Below are positions 1 through 12,415 of a stretch of 64,000 nucleotides of DNA, in pieces. Source of the DNA: an uncultured Corynebacterium sp. (GTDB taxonomy: Bacteria > Actinomycetota > Actinomycetes > Mycobacteriales > Mycobacteriaceae); contig NZ_CALZFS010000001.1 of NCBI RefSeq assembly GCF_945649885.1, positions 2,030-66,029 on the forward strand. Reading direction: 5' to 3'. The notes under the pieces are model-generated. The model worked only from the letters and a program-made list of their open reading frames with translations. It did not search any database and had not been told where the DNA came from. Position 1 is the stretch's first letter. Each line of letters begins with the position of its first letter. The position numbers were made by a program, and so were the translations under genes.

Positions 1-2
1 CC

Positions 3-176
3 GGGCGTCGTGTCGAGATCCTGGAATTCCACCAGTTCGATATCTTCGAGGCAAGCGTCACCTTCATCTACGCTTCCAACAACAACCGCCGCACCTGGGC
101 CATGGGCTTTGGTGGCACCGCTGAGCAGTCCGCTGCTTCCGCTCTGAGCTCCGCTGCCCACCTGATCTACGGCTGA
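3..176 (+). CDS. 3' end of an upstream gene (hypothetical protein, last 57 codons)
   Basis: Frame is open from the window edge: ...EILEFHQFDIFEASVTFIYASNNNRRTWAMGFGGTAEQSAASALSSAAHLIYG, with TGA at 174-176. A hairpin plus T-run follows. Absent from the ORF track because it has no start codon in the window. Confidence 0.5.
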   Translation, partial: GRRVEILEFHQFDIFEASVTFIYASNNNRRTWAMGFGGTAEQSAASALSSAAHLIYG

Positions 177-231
177 TCCAGCCACCCAGGGCAGCGCATC
201 TCATCTGCGCACTTTGATTCCCACTGAGAAC

Positions 232-267
232 TTCTCGGGTGTACACATGTACCCCCGAGATTTTTTC
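232..267 (+). terminator. Rho-independent terminator candidate
   Basis: Imperfect hairpin TCTCGGGTGTAC/GTACCCCCGAGA followed by TTTTTT. Confidence 0.5.
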
Positions 268-580
268 ATTTTGAGAAAGTTTTTCATTTTAATGCCATCG
301 CCCCGTGAGCTGGACAAATCCTGAACAATGGTGCGAAACAGCCCCCTATATATACAGAGAAAACTGAATTTCCATTGGGAACGTCACACAGGCGCAGGTA
401 GACTGCACGTGTATTGCCACGCCCTTCGCGGCGCCGCCTAGGACTTGGGTGTTTCTCAGTTTCTGGCTTCGTAAATCACTCCGACGCCTGTTGCTGGCTG
501 GGGGCAGCGCGCAGGCGGGCGTCGTGAATTTTGGTGTGGCTTGAGAAAGCCCACAATGTGCAAAGGGGAACTGAGATAGC

Positions 581-3500
581 GTGCTGATACTTTTTCTCGC
601 ACTCACTGCCGCTGCAGTGCTGGCCCCAGCTCTGATTCGAACCATAGGGCGACCTGCTTTCGGTGTTCTGGCACTTGTACCTGCTGCGGGTTTCATCTGG
701 GTGGTAACAGAGTTCATCAACGGAACCTTCAGAAATGGAGGTGAACTCTCCCTCCACTACGAGTGGATGCCCTCAGCCCATCTCAATATCACAATGCGCC
801 TGGATTCCCTGGCCGCATTATTCTCGCTGATCATCCTCGGTGTCGGCGCCTTGGTACTGCTTTACTGCTGGGGTTATTTTGATTCCAACCCCGGCCGTCT
901 GAGCGCCTTTGGTGGCCAGCTGGTTGGTTTTGCCATGGCCATGTATGGCCTGGTCATCTCCGACAACATCCTCCTGATGTACGTGTTCTGGGAGATCACC
1001 TCTGTCCTGTCATTCCTGCTGGTCGGCTATTACGGCGAACGTGCCTCCTCCAGGCGTTCTGCTGGACAGGCACTCATGGTCACCACCCTGGGTGGTTTGG
1101 CCATGCTGGTGGGCATCATCCTCATCGGTGCCCAGACCGGCGTCTGGTATTTCTCCGACATTCCGGTATTTGAGGGCAACTGGTCTGATGTTCCCTATGT
1201 CTCCATTGGTGCGATCCTCATCCTGGCTGGTGCACTGTCCAAGTCCGCCATCGCCCCCACCCACTTCTGGTTGCCAGGTGCCATGGCTGCCCCCACACCT
1301 GTCTCCGCCTACCTGCACTCAGCAGCGATGGTGAAGGCCGGCATCTACCTGGTCGCCCGCCTGGCCCCTGATTTCAACGTTGTCTCCTCCTGGTACCTGG
1401 TGATCATTCCCCTGGGAATTTTCACCATGATCATGGGCGGCTGGATGGCCCTGCGCCAGAAGGACCTCAAGCTGATCCTGGCCTATGGCACCGTTTCCCA
1501 GCTGGGCTTCATCATCTCCGTGGTTGGTGTGGGTACCCGGGAGGCACTGCTTGCAGGTCTGGCACTGACCTTCGGACACTCACTGTTCAAGGCCACACTG
1601 TTTATGACCGTCGGTGCCATTGACCACACCACCGGTACCCGTGACATCAATGAGCTGTCCGGGCTCGGCAGGAAGCGTCCCTTTGTCTTCGCACTGGCAG
1701 CCATCTCAGCTGCCTCCATGGCTGGCATTCCACCACTGTTTGGTTTCATCGCCAAGGAAACCGCCATTGATTCCATTCTCAATGAGCAGATGCTCCAGGG
1801 CATGCCGGGCAACCTCATGCTCACCGGCATCATCCTGGGTTCCATCTTCACCATGGCCTATTCCTGCTATTTCCTCTACGGGGCATTCGCCACCAAGCGC
1901 AAGCTCTTCCCAGAGGGCCATGGCACCTCCCCTGCGGTGAGGGATTCCCACCCGATCACCTTCGATCTGTGGATCGCACCCCTGGTGCTGACCGCACTGA
2001 CCGTCATTTTCGGTGTCTTCCCCGCACCGATGTCCAACATCATCGGTATGCATGTGGACAATGTGGCACCAGGTGAGGATGCCTACCTGTCCCTGTGGCA
2101 CGGGTTCAACCTCCCACTGCTGCTGTCTGCGATCATCATCGCCGTTGGTTTCCTGCTCTACTGGAACCTGCCCGTGGTCCACCGCTTCCAGCCGAAGACC
2201 TCTACCTTCGGTGATGCTGACACCGCCTATGACGCCATCCTGGACTTCCTGCGTGTGGTCTCCCTGCGCCTGACCGCCTCCACCCAGCGTGGTTCCCTCA
2301 CCCTGAACATCGGCATCATCTTCCTGGTGCTCACCGTCGTTCCGATGGTTGCACTGATCACCGGTGAACGCAGTGATGTGCGCATGGAACTGTGGGACAG
2401 CCCCTTCCAGGGTGTCGTGGCAGTCATCATCATCCTGGTGGCAATCGTGTCCACCCAAATGCAGAACCGTCTATCAGCACTGATCCTCATCGGCATGACC
2501 GGTTATGGCATCGCCGTGATCTTCGCACTTCACGGTGCCCCCGATCTGGCTCTGACCCAGACTCTGGTGGAAACCATCCTCATGGTGGTCTTCATGCTGG
2601 TGCTGCGCAAGATGCCCACGGAGGTCACCTGGAAGCCAGATCCCAAGAATGCCCGCATGCGTGCCTGGCTGGCAGCCTCAGCAGGTATCGCGGTCGTGGT
2701 GCTCACCATCTTCGCCATGAATGCCCGCACCGAACAGCCGATCTCCATGTACATGCAGGATCTGGCCTATGAGGTTGGACACGGCGCCAACACGGTCAAC
2801 GTGCTGCTGGTGGATATCCGTGGTTTCGATACCTTCGGTGAGATCTCCGTCCTGGTGGTTGCGGCCACCGGTATCGCCTCCCTGGTCTACCGCAACCGCA
2901 GCTTCCGACGCGATTCCAGGCGCCCCACCCTGGCCACCACCGGCCGTCGTTGGTTGGCGGCACCCGTGGACACAGAAAAGGCACAAAACCGTTCCCTCAT
3001 GGTGGATGTGGCCACCCGCATCCTGTTCCCATCCATGATCATGCTGTCGGTCTACTTCTTCTTCGTGGGCCACAACGCCCCGGGCGGAGGTTTCGCCGGG
3101 GGGCTGGTCGCAGCCCTGGCCTTTGCCCTGCGCTATCTGGCCGGTGGCCGTGATGAGCTGGAAGAGGCATTACCAGTGGATGCCGGACGTATCCTCGGTA
3201 CGGGTCTGATCGCCTCCGCAGCAGCGCTACTCTGGCCGATGGCCCTGGGTGAACCACCACTGACCTCCCATATCTGGGATGTCACGCTGCCGCTGATCGG
3301 CGATATCCACATCGCCTCCGCACTGCTCTTCGATCTTGGTGTCTACCTCATCGTCATCGGACTGATCATGCATGTCATGCACAGTCTCGGTGGCCAGTTG
3401 GACCGTGATGAGGATATGCGTAAGCAGCGTGCCCGTGACCGTGCACGCCGCCTGGCACGCAGCACACGGAGGGAAGCCGCCCTGGCCTCATCGACTTCTG

Positions 3501-3637
3501 CGGTGCGCAGCACCGCAGATAAACCCCGACCACTGCCCTCGATTCAGCCTCGTGGCACTGACACAGGGCCCGAACCAACAGGCAGTGCTGATAGTGGAAC
3601 GTCGCAAAGCAATAACAACACCGGAAAGGAGCAGTAG
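581..3637 (+). CDS. mrpA: Na+(K+)/H+ antiporter Mrp subunit A (fused MrpA/MrpB type, NuoL-like)
   Basis: 1018 aa polytopic membrane protein with a GTG start. NuoL/MrpA motif WLPGAMAAPTPVSAYLHSAAMVKAG. First gene of a six-gene mrp operon with abutting or overlapping genes. Confidence 0.9.
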   Translation: MLILFLALTAAAVLAPALIRTIGRPAFGVLALVPAAGFIWVVTEFINGTFRNGGELSLHYEWMPSAHLNITMRLDSLAALFSLIILGVGALVLLYCWGYFDSNPGRLSAFGGQLVGFAMAMYGLVISDNILLMYVFWEITSVLSFLLVGYYGERASSRRSAGQALMVTTLGGLAMLVGIILIGAQTGVWYFSDIPVFEGNWSDVPYVSIGAILILAGALSKSAIAPTHFWLPGAMAAPTPVSAYLHSAAMVKAGIYLVARLAPDFNVVSSWYLVIIPLGIFTMIMGGWMALRQKDLKLILAYGTVSQLGFIISVVGVGTREALLAGLALTFGHSLFKATLFMTVGAIDHTTGTRDINELSGLGRKRPFVFALAAISAASMAGIPPLFGFIAKETAIDSILNEQMLQGMPGNLMLTGIILGSIFTMAYSCYFLYGAFATKRKLFPEGHGTSPAVRDSHPITFDLWIAPLVLTALTVIFGVFPAPMSNIIGMHVDNVAPGEDAYLSLWHGFNLPLLLSAIIIAVGFLLYWNLPVVHRFQPKTSTFGDADTAYDAILDFLRVVSLRLTASTQRGSLTLNIGIIFLVLTVVPMVALITGERSDVRMELWDSPFQGVVAVIIILVAIVSTQMQNRLSALILIGMTGYGIAVIFALHGAPDLALTQTLVETILMVVFMLVLRKMPTEVTWKPDPKNARMRAWLAASAGIAVVVLTIFAMNARTEQPISMYMQDLAYEVGHGANTVNVLLVDIRGFDTFGEISVLVVAATGIASLVYRNRSFRRDSRRPTLATTGRRWLAAPVDTEKAQNRSLMVDVATRILFPSMIMLSVYFFFVGHNAPGGGFAGGLVAALAFALRYLAGGRDELEEALPVDAGRILGTGLIASAAALLWPMALGEPPLTSHIWDVTLPLIGDIHIASALLFDLGVYLIVIGLIMHVMHSLGGQLDRDEDMRKQRARDRARRLARSTRREAALASSTSAVRSTADKPRPLPSIQPRGTDTGPEPTGSADSGTSQSNNNTGKEQ

Positions 3638-4121
3638 ATGGTAGCCAATCTCTTCCTGCTCCTGGCCGCGGGTACGCTGGTGGCCGCAGGTGTGTACCTG
3701 CTGCTGGACCGCGCCATGACCAAGATGATCATGGGTCTGATGCTGATCGGCAACGGTGCCAACCTGCTGATCCTGGTTGCCGGCGGACCGGCTGGTGCTC
3801 CCCCGATCAAGGGCCGCGAGAGCACCCTGTACCCGGATCAGATCGCAGATCCACTCACCCAGGCCATGATCCTCACCGCCATCGTGATCTCCATGGCGAT
3901 GACCGCCTTCATGCTGTCACTGGCCTACCGCCAGTACCGCTACCGCACCGAGGACTTCATTCAGGATGACACCGAGGACGTCGCAATTTCAGTGCGCCCG
4001 AATATCGCCTCGGCTGCCCCAGACCATGACGCCTCCGATGACCCAGAGACAGGACGCATGACCTCCGAAGGTGACGAGTTCGGCCCAGAATCCTTCGAGC
4101 TGCCACTGAAGGGAGAAAAGG

Positions 4122-4129
<8 letters not shown>
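3638..4129 (+). CDS. mrpC: Mrp antiporter subunit C (NuoK-like) with acidic C-terminal tail
   Basis: ATG directly follows the mrpA TAG. Three hydrophobic helices (LIGNGANLLILVAGG). Position in the operon. Confidence 0.85.
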
Positions 4130-5896
<1,767 letters not shown>

Positions 5897-5900
<4 letters not shown>

Positions 5901-6406
5901 TTGCAGGCTTGAAGCGTCGTTTCCGGCCCCTGTTCACCCTGTGGCTGACCATCATGTGGATCATGCTCATGGGCGAGATCTCCTGGGCTAATATCATCGC
6001 AGGTTTCCTGGTGGGTACCGCCATCGTGCTCCTGCTGCCGCTGCCTGCGATGCCCATTGCCAACATCAAGGTTCGCTGGGGTGCTTTTGCCCTGCTGATC
6101 CTCAAGTGGTTCTGGGACCTGGCGAAGGCATCCGTGAAGGTGGCCTGGCTAGCCCTGCGCCCACAGGACCCACCCAAGACCGCGATCCTCAACGTTCCGA
6201 TGCGTGTGCAAAATGACCTGGTGCTGTCCTTTGCCACAGTGCTGTACAACCTGCAGCCGGGTGGTTCAGTAACTGATATTGATATTGCCAACCGCATGTG
6301 GACAGTCCACATTCTTGATGCCGATTCCCCAGATGCCATCGAGAATGAAATTCAAAACGTTGCCGACCTTGAGCGCAACCTGATCCACGTCTTTGAAAGG
6401 GGCTAG
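5897..6406 (+). CDS. mrpE: Mrp antiporter subunit E
   Basis: ATGA overlap with the mrpD stop. 169 aa with two N-terminal TM helices. Operon position. Confidence 0.8.
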
Positions 6407-6412
6407 GCCGAT

Positions 6413-6688
6413 ATGAATCCCGAACTCTACACAGCGATTCTCACCGTCGCCGCCTTCTTATTCTGTGTGTCCTTCATCCTGACCACCTATCAGATCATGG
6501 TGGGCCCGAACTCCATTGACAGACTGCTGGGCATGGATGGCACGGTCTCCATGATCCAGTGTGCCCTGGCCACCTATATCTGCTGGACTCTGGACACCAC
6601 CGTCAGTAACGCCATGATGGTGGTGGCCATGATGGGATTCATGGGTTCCGTTGCCGTGGCACGTTTCAGAAAGAGGGACGGTGCCTAA
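6413..6688 (+). CDS. mrpF: Mrp antiporter subunit F
   Basis: 91 aa, three TM helices. Operon position. Confidence 0.8.
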   Translation: MNPELYTAILTVAAFLFCVSFILTTYQIMVGPNSIDRLLGMDGTVSMIQCALATYICWTLDTTVSNAMMVVAMMGFMGSVAVARFRKRDGA

Positions 6689-7066
6689 ATGACCATTCAT
6701 CTGATCACCGACATCATCTCACTGGTGTTGATTCTCTCTGGTGCGATTCTGTCCTTCTCCGCCGCGGTAGGCCTGGTGCGCTTCAAGGACTCCATGTCCC
6801 GTGTCCACGCCATCACCAAACCACAGACCACCGGTCTGATTCTCACCGTGGTGGGTGCGCTGATCCGCATGCTGGGACATGAGGACTTCGATGTCTCCAT
6901 GCGTGGAGACATGGGCATCCTTGTCCTGCTGATCTTCTTCGCCCTGATCACCAGCCCCGTCACCGCACAGCGAGTGGGCCGAGTATCGCGCCGTGAAGGC
7001 CTTTATGGAGAAAAGCAAAAGCTCTCCCGTAATGATGCCCCGGCAGAACGTGGCATCAAGAAGTAG
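6689..7066 (+). CDS. mrpG: Mrp antiporter subunit G
   Basis: Abuts the mrpF stop. 125 aa, MnhG/PhaG-like (RVHAITKPQTTGLIL). Confidence 0.8.
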   Translation: MTIHLITDIISLVLILSGAILSFSAAVGLVRFKDSMSRVHAITKPQTTGLILTVVGALIRMLGHEDFDVSMRGDMGILVLLIFFALITSPVTAQRVGRVSRREGLYGEKQKLSRNDAPAERGIKK

Positions 7067-7077
7067 CTCTGGAAAAA

Positions 7078-7136
7078 TAAAACCCAAGAGTGCTGTCCCC
7101 TTTTTCACAGGGACGCACATCCTGGGTTTTCTTTTC
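7078..7136. terminator. Bidirectional terminator hairpin between convergent mrpG and the hydrolase gene
   Basis: Nested inverted repeat AAAACCCAAGA...TCCTGGGTTTT with inner GTGCTGTCCC...GGGACGCAC. T-rich 3' flank on the + strand. Confidence 0.55.
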
Positions 7137-7215
7137 AGATCACCAGTTCAACTGGCTTATACTTGCCCGCCAGGTCACTAACCTGGGCAATCTTATTCCT
7201 CAGTGGCTCACCACA

Positions 7216-7827
7216 TCAGGAATGGTTCTCCAGGAACTGCCCCAGCCGGGTACCGAACTCAGCAGGGTGGGTGCGGTAGGTGCGTAGACCTGCACCCTCC
7301 ACGGTGACACCGACCACGTTGGGCAAGGTATCCACAAGACTTGCGGCATCTGGCACTGGATACTGAGACCCACGCAGAACCAGAGTGGGTGTGGCGACAT
7401 CAGCAAAATCTGCGGCGGTGGAACTACTCAGCTCAGCAACATGGGTGAGCAGCTCCTTCTTGTTGCGGTCACGGAAGAGGAAACCCGGAATCTTCTTCAG
7501 CACACGGCCGACCTTCTGCCCCCGCTCATCCAGGGAGATCGCCGGAGTGTCTAAGACCAGGTGGGTGATGCGCTGTGGTTGTTGCTGCGCGACACGCAAG
7601 GCTACTGCCGCACCGCGTCCTGAACCGACCAGGATGACGCGGCGGAGCTCGTGTTTATCCAGGAGTGCTTCCACATTCCCCTGGCCTTCTTCCTCCCCAC
7701 CAGACCACGGGGCGATCCGGGGCTTCAACCCCCTCCCTACAGGTAGAGAGTTCACCACTTCGGTGAAGGCATCCGGCATCTCCCCGGCGTCGGGGATGAA
7801 GATGATGGTTTTAGTCGTCTGATCCAA
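7216..7827 (-). CDS. alpha/beta-hydrolase-fold protein (atypical nucleophile elbow GSGRG)
   Basis: 203 aa. The stretch [21 protein letters not shown] aligns by eye with the canonical vhLvGhSmGGavAl elbow. 17-nt overlap with the upstream ligase gene. Confidence 0.6.
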   Translation of the reverse strand: MDQTTKTIIFIPDAGEMPDAFTEVVNSLPVGRGLKPRIAPWSGGEEEGQGNVEALLDKHELRRVILVGSGRGAAVALRVAQQQPQRITHLVLDTPAISLDERGQKVGRVLKKIPGFLFRDRNKKELLTHVAELSSSTAADFADVATPTLVLRGSQYPVPDAASLVDTLPNVVGVTVEGAGLRTYRTHPAEFGTRLGQFLENHS

Positions 7828-8950
7828 GGGGTGTTAACTCCTCCAATTCATCGCAGGCCAAGTCCACAGCGGTGGTCCAGGTACCGGTGCGCTTGAAGGC
7901 CCGGCGCTGGCGTTCATAGCCGCCACCGCGCTCGAGGATCTCCAGCACCAGATCAAGTTCTCGTTCACATCCCAGCTCGGCGGCCAGGGGCATGAGTCGA
8001 GCCACCAGGCGACGGATCTCGTCCTGAACCATCGATTCATCGGTATCGCGGGAGATGATGATCTCCGCATCCAGGCCATAACGGGCGGCACGCCACTTGT
8101 TTTCCGCCACATGCCACTGCTGCAGGGTGGGTAATTCCTCACCACGATCAATCATACGGTCATAGTGCACCACCAGGCAGTGGGTGAACGCCACGATGGC
8201 GGAGAGCTCCCGCAGGTTGGAGGTGGAATCGGCCACGCGGACCTCAATGGTTCCCCACTTGGAGGCCGGGCGGATATCAAAGTGCATGGAACCGGTGTGG
8301 TTGATCACGCCGGACTTGTCCTGGTCTTCCATATAAGACACCCACTCATCCCAGTTCTGGAACTGGTACGGCAGTCCTGCGGTGGGAAGCTGCTGGTAGA
8401 GCATGGTGCGGTTGGAGGCATAACCGGTGTCCAGACCATCCCAGGCCGGGGAGCTGGCAGACATGGCCAGCAGGTGAGGATAGTTGGTCAGCAAAGCGTT
8501 GATGATCGGCCACACGCGATCCTCATGACTGATTCCCACATGCACATGGATACCCCAGATGAGCATCTGGTTTCCCCAGTACTGGGTGCGCGCGATGATC
8601 TCGTCATAGGCACCCTTCTCTGACACCGGGTTCTCACGGAAGTCAGAAAAAGGGTGGGACCCAGACGACCAGAGACGTAAGCCCAGTTCATCGGCGGCTT
8701 CCTTCACCGCGGCCAGATCATGGGAGAGCTCATCCATGGCCTGGGGCACGGTATCGCAGATGCCGGTGACCAATTCCACGGTGTTCTGGAGGAATTCTCG
8801 CTCCAAGCGCACCTCGGGGTGGTTCTTGGCCACGATCTCCAGGATCTCTGAGGCACGTGGTGCCAGGTCGCGGCTGACCGGATCAACCAGTGCCACTTCC
8901 CACTCCACGCCGAGGGTCGGCCTGGGCGAACGCTTGAATTCAATGGCCAT
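7811..8950 (-). CDS. carboxylate-amine ligase, glutamate-cysteine ligase family 2 (YbdK-like)
   Basis: 379 aa. Motifs [11 protein letters not shown] and WGIHVHVGI are typical of the GCS2/YbdK family. Confidence 0.85.
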   Translation of the reverse strand: MAIEFKRSPRPTLGVEWEVALVDPVSRDLAPRASEILEIVAKNHPEVRLEREFLQNTVELVTGICDTVPQAMDELSHDLAAVKEAADELGLRLWSSGSHPFSDFRENPVSEKGAYDEIIARTQYWGNQMLIWGIHVHVGISHEDRVWPIINALLTNYPHLLAMSASSPAWDGLDTGYASNRTMLYQQLPTAGLPYQFQNWDEWVSYMEDQDKSGVINHTGSMHFDIRPASKWGTIEVRVADSTSNLRELSAIVAFTHCLVVHYDRMIDRGEELPTLQQWHVAENKWRAARYGLDAEIIISRDTDESMVQDEIRRLVARLMPLAAELGCERELDLVLEILERGGGYERQRRAFKRTGTWTTAVDLACDELEELTPLGSDD

Positions 8951-9002
8951 GGCGTGTGGGGCCTCCTTTAAGGATTAGGGGGTTTGTCCGAGGGGGAAAC
9001 TT

Positions 9003-9707
9003 TTAGAGGGCGACGTCTTCAGTCAGGACCAGCACGATGGCATCATCGCCATCGGTTTCCTTCGGGAGGACATCGCTGCGTTCCATGGCGATGCCACCAA
9101 CACGGTCTGCCAGCTTGCGGGCTTCCTTCTCTGCATCAGGGTTGCCCTTGGTGAAGTAGACGGTGTTCTGTGGAATGGCTATATCGGCGAGGTTACCGGA
9201 TTCGACCTTGTCATAATCGCCGTCCAGGCTGTCTGCCACGCGTGCGGCCAGCTGGGTGACGGTGGAGTTGTTGAGAACATGCAGGGTGGTCACCGGGGTG
9301 CCCTCTGCAGCAGGACGGGCAGGACGCTCCGCGGCTGGTGCTTCCTCATTCTCTGCAGTCTCAGCCTCAGCATCCCGTGCACCGTCTTCCTCACGTGGTG
9401 TCTCGGCTTCAGTGTTCTCCGCGGAAACACCTTCACCTGACGCATCATCGAAATCAAAACCGCCGGAAGCCTCGCCATCACTCTGCGCACCTTCATCTTG
9501 GGACTGGGTGGTACCGGTGGCTGCGGAATCAGCATCATTATCAGTACTGAGGGACCACAGCGCCCATGCTGCCAGGAGAACGGCCACGGCGATGAGGATC
9601 ATGGCGAGTCCGCGTACAGGTAGGCCGGAAGCCTGGGCTTTCTTCACGGGATCGCCAGCGTTTCCTGGCGTCTGGGACGGGGAGGGATTCTGCATGTCCG
9701 AAGTCAT
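9003..9707 (-). CDS. membrane-anchored LytR_C (LytR/CpsA/Psr C-terminal) domain protein
   Basis: N-terminal TM helix, acidic low-complexity linker, and a C-terminal block LHVLNNSTVTQLAARVADSL...VYFTKG...IVLVLTEDV. Confidence 0.7.
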   Translation of the reverse strand: MTSDMQNPSPSQTPGNAGDPVKKAQASGLPVRGLAMILIAVAVLLAAWALWSLSTDNDADSAATGTTQSQDEGAQSDGEASGGFDFDDASGEGVSAENTEAETPREEDGARDAEAETAENEEAPAAERPARPAAEGTPVTTLHVLNNSTVTQLAARVADSLDGDYDKVESGNLADIAIPQNTVYFTKGNPDAEKEARKLADRVGGIAMERSDVLPKETDGDDAIVLVLTEDVAL

Positions 9708-9712
9708 GGCGA

Positions 9713-9925
9713 TTAGTCTATCTTCCCAGCCCGACGCCGTAACCTGGACACCAGTGTTGGGTGGATTTTCATAGCTTCGGGGGTATCGATGATCAGGTTC
9801 AACCGCTGGTAGTAGCGCACAGGTGAGATATCGAAGGCGGCGCGGATGGCTTCCTCCTTGGCGCCCTGTGCACGCGGTGCGGACGCTTCAAAGTCGAGGA
9901 GCTTTAAATCATCGGAGCTAAGCAT
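9713..9925 (-). CDS. DUF3263-like small protein
   Basis: MLSSDDLKLLDFEA...ISPVRYYQRLNLIIDTPEAM...LVSRLRR. The start is either ATG 9925 or the upstream ATG 9943. Confidence 0.65.
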   Translation of the reverse strand: MLSSDDLKLLDFEASAPRAQGAKEEAIRAAFDISPVRYYQRLNLIIDTPEAMKIHPTLVSRLRRRAGKID

Positions 9926-9928
9926 GCC

Positions 9929-9937
9929 TAAACTGTA
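9929..9937. promoter_or_regulatory. overlapping divergent -10 boxes (TAAACT on +, TACAGT on -)
   Basis: TAAACT ends 7 nt before the A of the def ATG. TACAGT on the other strand ends 6 nt before ATG 9925. Both fit TAnnnT at leaderless spacing. Confidence 0.35.
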
Positions 9938-9941
9938 GAAC

Positions 9942-10523
9942 ATGACTGTCCGTCCAATTGTTATCCACGGTGATCCCGTCCTTCACAACCCCACCCAGGA
10001 GGTGACTGAACCCGTCTCCGAGCTCCAGGAACTCATTGCAGATATGTACGAGACCATGGAGGTCGCCCATGGTGTCGGCCTGGCCGCCAACCAGATCGGT
10101 GTGAACAAGCGTCTCTTCGTTTTCAACTGTCCTGATGATGAGGGTGTGCTGCACCGCGGTTGCTTCATCAACCCGGTGCTGGAGACCTCTGAGATCCCGG
10201 AGACCATGCCCGCTGATGATGGTGAAGATGAGGAGGGGTGCCTCTCTGTTCCCGGTGAGGGCTTCCCCACTGGTCGCGCTGACTGGGCGAAGGTCACCGG
10301 CCTCAATGAGGAGGGTGAGGAATGGTCCATGGAGGGCACCGGTTTCCTGGCCCGTTGTTTCCAGCATGAGGTGGGCCACCTGGATGGTTTTCTCTACACA
10401 GATGTTCTGATCGGCCGGTGGAAGCGCATGGCCAAGAAGACCATTAAGGCCAATGGTTGGACCGAACCTGGTCTGACCTGGATGCCCGGCGTGGATGAGG
10501 ATCCTTTCGGACATGACTCCTAG
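9942..10523 (+). CDS. def: peptide deformylase
   Basis: All three signature motifs are present: [24 protein letters not shown]. Confidence 0.95.
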   Translation: MTVRPIVIHGDPVLHNPTQEVTEPVSELQELIADMYETMEVAHGVGLAANQIGVNKRLFVFNCPDDEGVLHRGCFINPVLETSEIPETMPADDGEDEEGCLSVPGEGFPTGRADWAKVTGLNEEGEEWSMEGTGFLARCFQHEVGHLDGFLYTDVLIGRWKRMAKKTIKANGWTEPGLTWMPGVDEDPFGHDS

Positions 10524-11529
10524 GCTGCCGCAATTCCGCAGTCACAACCCGAAGATCGGTGATCGCGTTGTGGTGCGACGTCGCATCGAAGGTGCAGAGG
10601 GTGCCGATGTGCATTGGACCGATGTCATCGGCCATGTCATGGGTCTTGATCCGTTGGTGGTGCGCCCGCAGTCCATCGGTGGCATGCCTTCTGAGGCTGA
10701 GGGCATCGAGATCCCTGAGCAGCAGCTTGAGGTGGTGAAGATTCTCTCGCCCCGTACCATTCGGAACTCTGATATCCGTGCGGTGGAGGTCGCCACGGCT
10801 AAGGCTTTCCCCGGGTTGATCAATGAGTGGTCCGGGGGTTGGCTGCTGCGTGCCGGTGATGGCATCACCGAGCGTTCCAACTCCGCCTCCCCATTGGGGC
10901 CGACCACCGGTTTTGATCCGGTACCCATGGAGGCGGTTGAGGAGTTCTACGCCAGGCATGATCTGCCGGTGCGCCTGCACATCCCGGAGCGGATCGGTAA
11001 GCCTGCCCAGAAGGTCATTTCCGCTGATCCGGATGCTTGGACCATGGGGCCGGAGATTCTGGTGATGTCCAAGCCCCTGTCCACCATTGATTCCGTTGCT
11101 CTGCCGGAGGGGCTGTCCTTCCGGGTAGATGAGCAGCCTGATGATGAGTGGTTGAACATGTACCACTTCCGTGGGCAGGCACTTCCGCCGCAGGCCCTGG
11201 AGCTGCTGCGCACCAAGATTGATGGGGTCATGGGTTTTGCCCGCCTGATCACCGCCGAGGGGCAGACCGTCGCCATCACGCGTGCCACCATCACCTCTGC
11301 AGAGTCGCGCACCTTCCTCGGGTACTCAGCCGTGGAGGTCGCGCCTGCTTATCGACGCCGGGGCCTGGGTACCGCGCTCGGCGCTCGGATCCAGCAATGG
11401 GGTGCCGATATGGGTGCGGAGGAAGCCTATCTGCAGGTAATCTCAGCCAATGAGGCCGGAATCGGGTTGTACACCAAACTCGGATTCACTGAACACCACC
11501 GCCACCGCTACGCCGAACGCACTTGTTAG
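10513..11529 (+). CDS. GNAT family N-acetyltransferase (two-domain)
   Basis: C-terminal acetyl-CoA motif [12 protein letters not shown]...YTKLGF. ATG 10513 is preferred over the ORF-track start at 10495. Confidence 0.7.
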   Translation: MTPRLPQFRSHNPKIGDRVVVRRRIEGAEGADVHWTDVIGHVMGLDPLVVRPQSIGGMPSEAEGIEIPEQQLEVVKILSPRTIRNSDIRAVEVATAKAFPGLINEWSGGWLLRAGDGITERSNSASPLGPTTGFDPVPMEAVEEFYARHDLPVRLHIPERIGKPAQKVISADPDAWTMGPEILVMSKPLSTIDSVALPEGLSFRVDEQPDDEWLNMYHFRGQALPPQALELLRTKIDGVMGFARLITAEGQTVAITRATITSAESRTFLGYSAVEVAPAYRRRGLGTALGARIQQWGADMGAEEAYLQVISANEAGIGLYTKLGFTEHHRHRYAERTC

Positions 11530-11602
11530 ACTGCGTGCGGCAGGTGGGGGCCGGAGGGGGCCGTCGATGAGCTCGCTTCTTGAAAACGCTAGGGTATAGG
11601 TC

Positions 11603-12394
11603 ATGCGCATCGTCAACTGGAACGTCAACTCGGCACGCACCCGCGTGGACCGGATGGTGGAATTTCTCTCACGTCATGACGTGGATGTTCTGGCGGTGCA
11701 GGAAACCAAATGTAAAGACGAACAGTTTCCTTATGACCGTTTCACCGAGATCGGTTATGAGGTCGCACACTTCGGGCTGAACCAGTGGAATGGTGTCGCG
11801 ATCATTTCCCGCGTGGGCATCGAGGACGTCCAGACTGCCTTCCCCGGCCAACCGGGATTCCACAAGGATCCAGAACTCGAGCAGGCCACCGAAGCCCGCG
11901 CCATCGGAGCGATCTGTGGTGGGGTGCGCGTGTGGAGCCTGTACGTGCCCAACGGCCGTGAGATCGCTGATCCTCACTATGACTACAAGCTGCGCTGGCT
12001 GTTTGCCCTGCGTAATTATGTCGCCGACACCCTGGCTGAGAAACCTGATGAGAAGATGGTTCTGCTGGGTGATTACAACATCGCCCCCACCGATCAGGAT
12101 GTCTGGGATATCTCCGCTTTCGAGGGCAGCACTCATGTCACCGAACCGGAACGTGCTGTTTATGAACAGCTCCTGGAGTCAGGCCTGAAGGAAACCAACC
12201 CCGGCCCCGGAATCTTCACCTACTGGGATTACAAGGGTGCACGCTTCCTCAAGGGTGAGGGCATGCGTATTGATTTCCAGCTGGCCACCCCGTCGCTGGC
12301 CGTACTGGCTGGCGATACCTTTGTTGATGTGGAGGAACGTAGCGGGAAGGGCGCATCAGATCACGCTCCTGTGATCGTCGACTACGCGGTATAG
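11603..12394 (+). CDS. xthA: exodeoxyribonuclease III
   Basis: MRIVNWNVNS...VLAVQETK...GASDHAPVIVDY. EEP-family catalytic motifs. Confidence 0.9.
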   Translation: MRIVNWNVNSARTRVDRMVEFLSRHDVDVLAVQETKCKDEQFPYDRFTEIGYEVAHFGLNQWNGVAIISRVGIEDVQTAFPGQPGFHKDPELEQATEARAIGAICGGVRVWSLYVPNGREIADPHYDYKLRWLFALRNYVADTLAEKPDEKMVLLGDYNIAPTDQDVWDISAFEGSTHVTEPERAVYEQLLESGLKETNPGPGIFTYWDYKGARFLKGEGMRIDFQLATPSLAVLAGDTFVDVEERSGKGASDHAPVIVDYAV

Positions 12395-12415
12395 CAGAAG
12401 CGTTAACGCAGGCTC

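Noticed and set aside
262-290. TTTTTCATTTT repeated 18 nt apart, upstream of mrpA.
   Set aside because: The first copy is simply the T-tract of the upstream terminator. AT-rich intergenic DNA makes such an 11-mer recurrence weak evidence for a binding site.
625-650. tRNA T-loop-like GGTTCGAATC on the minus strand.
   Set aside because: It lies inside the confident mrpA coding sequence. The flanking bases do not form T-stem or acceptor-stem pairing.
8988-9000. GAGGGGGAAAC 11-mer shared with the right arm of the 35154-35240 inverted repeat.
   Set aside because: It is a single short match without the partner arm. It overlaps the ribosome-binding region of the ligase gene and is probably coincidental.
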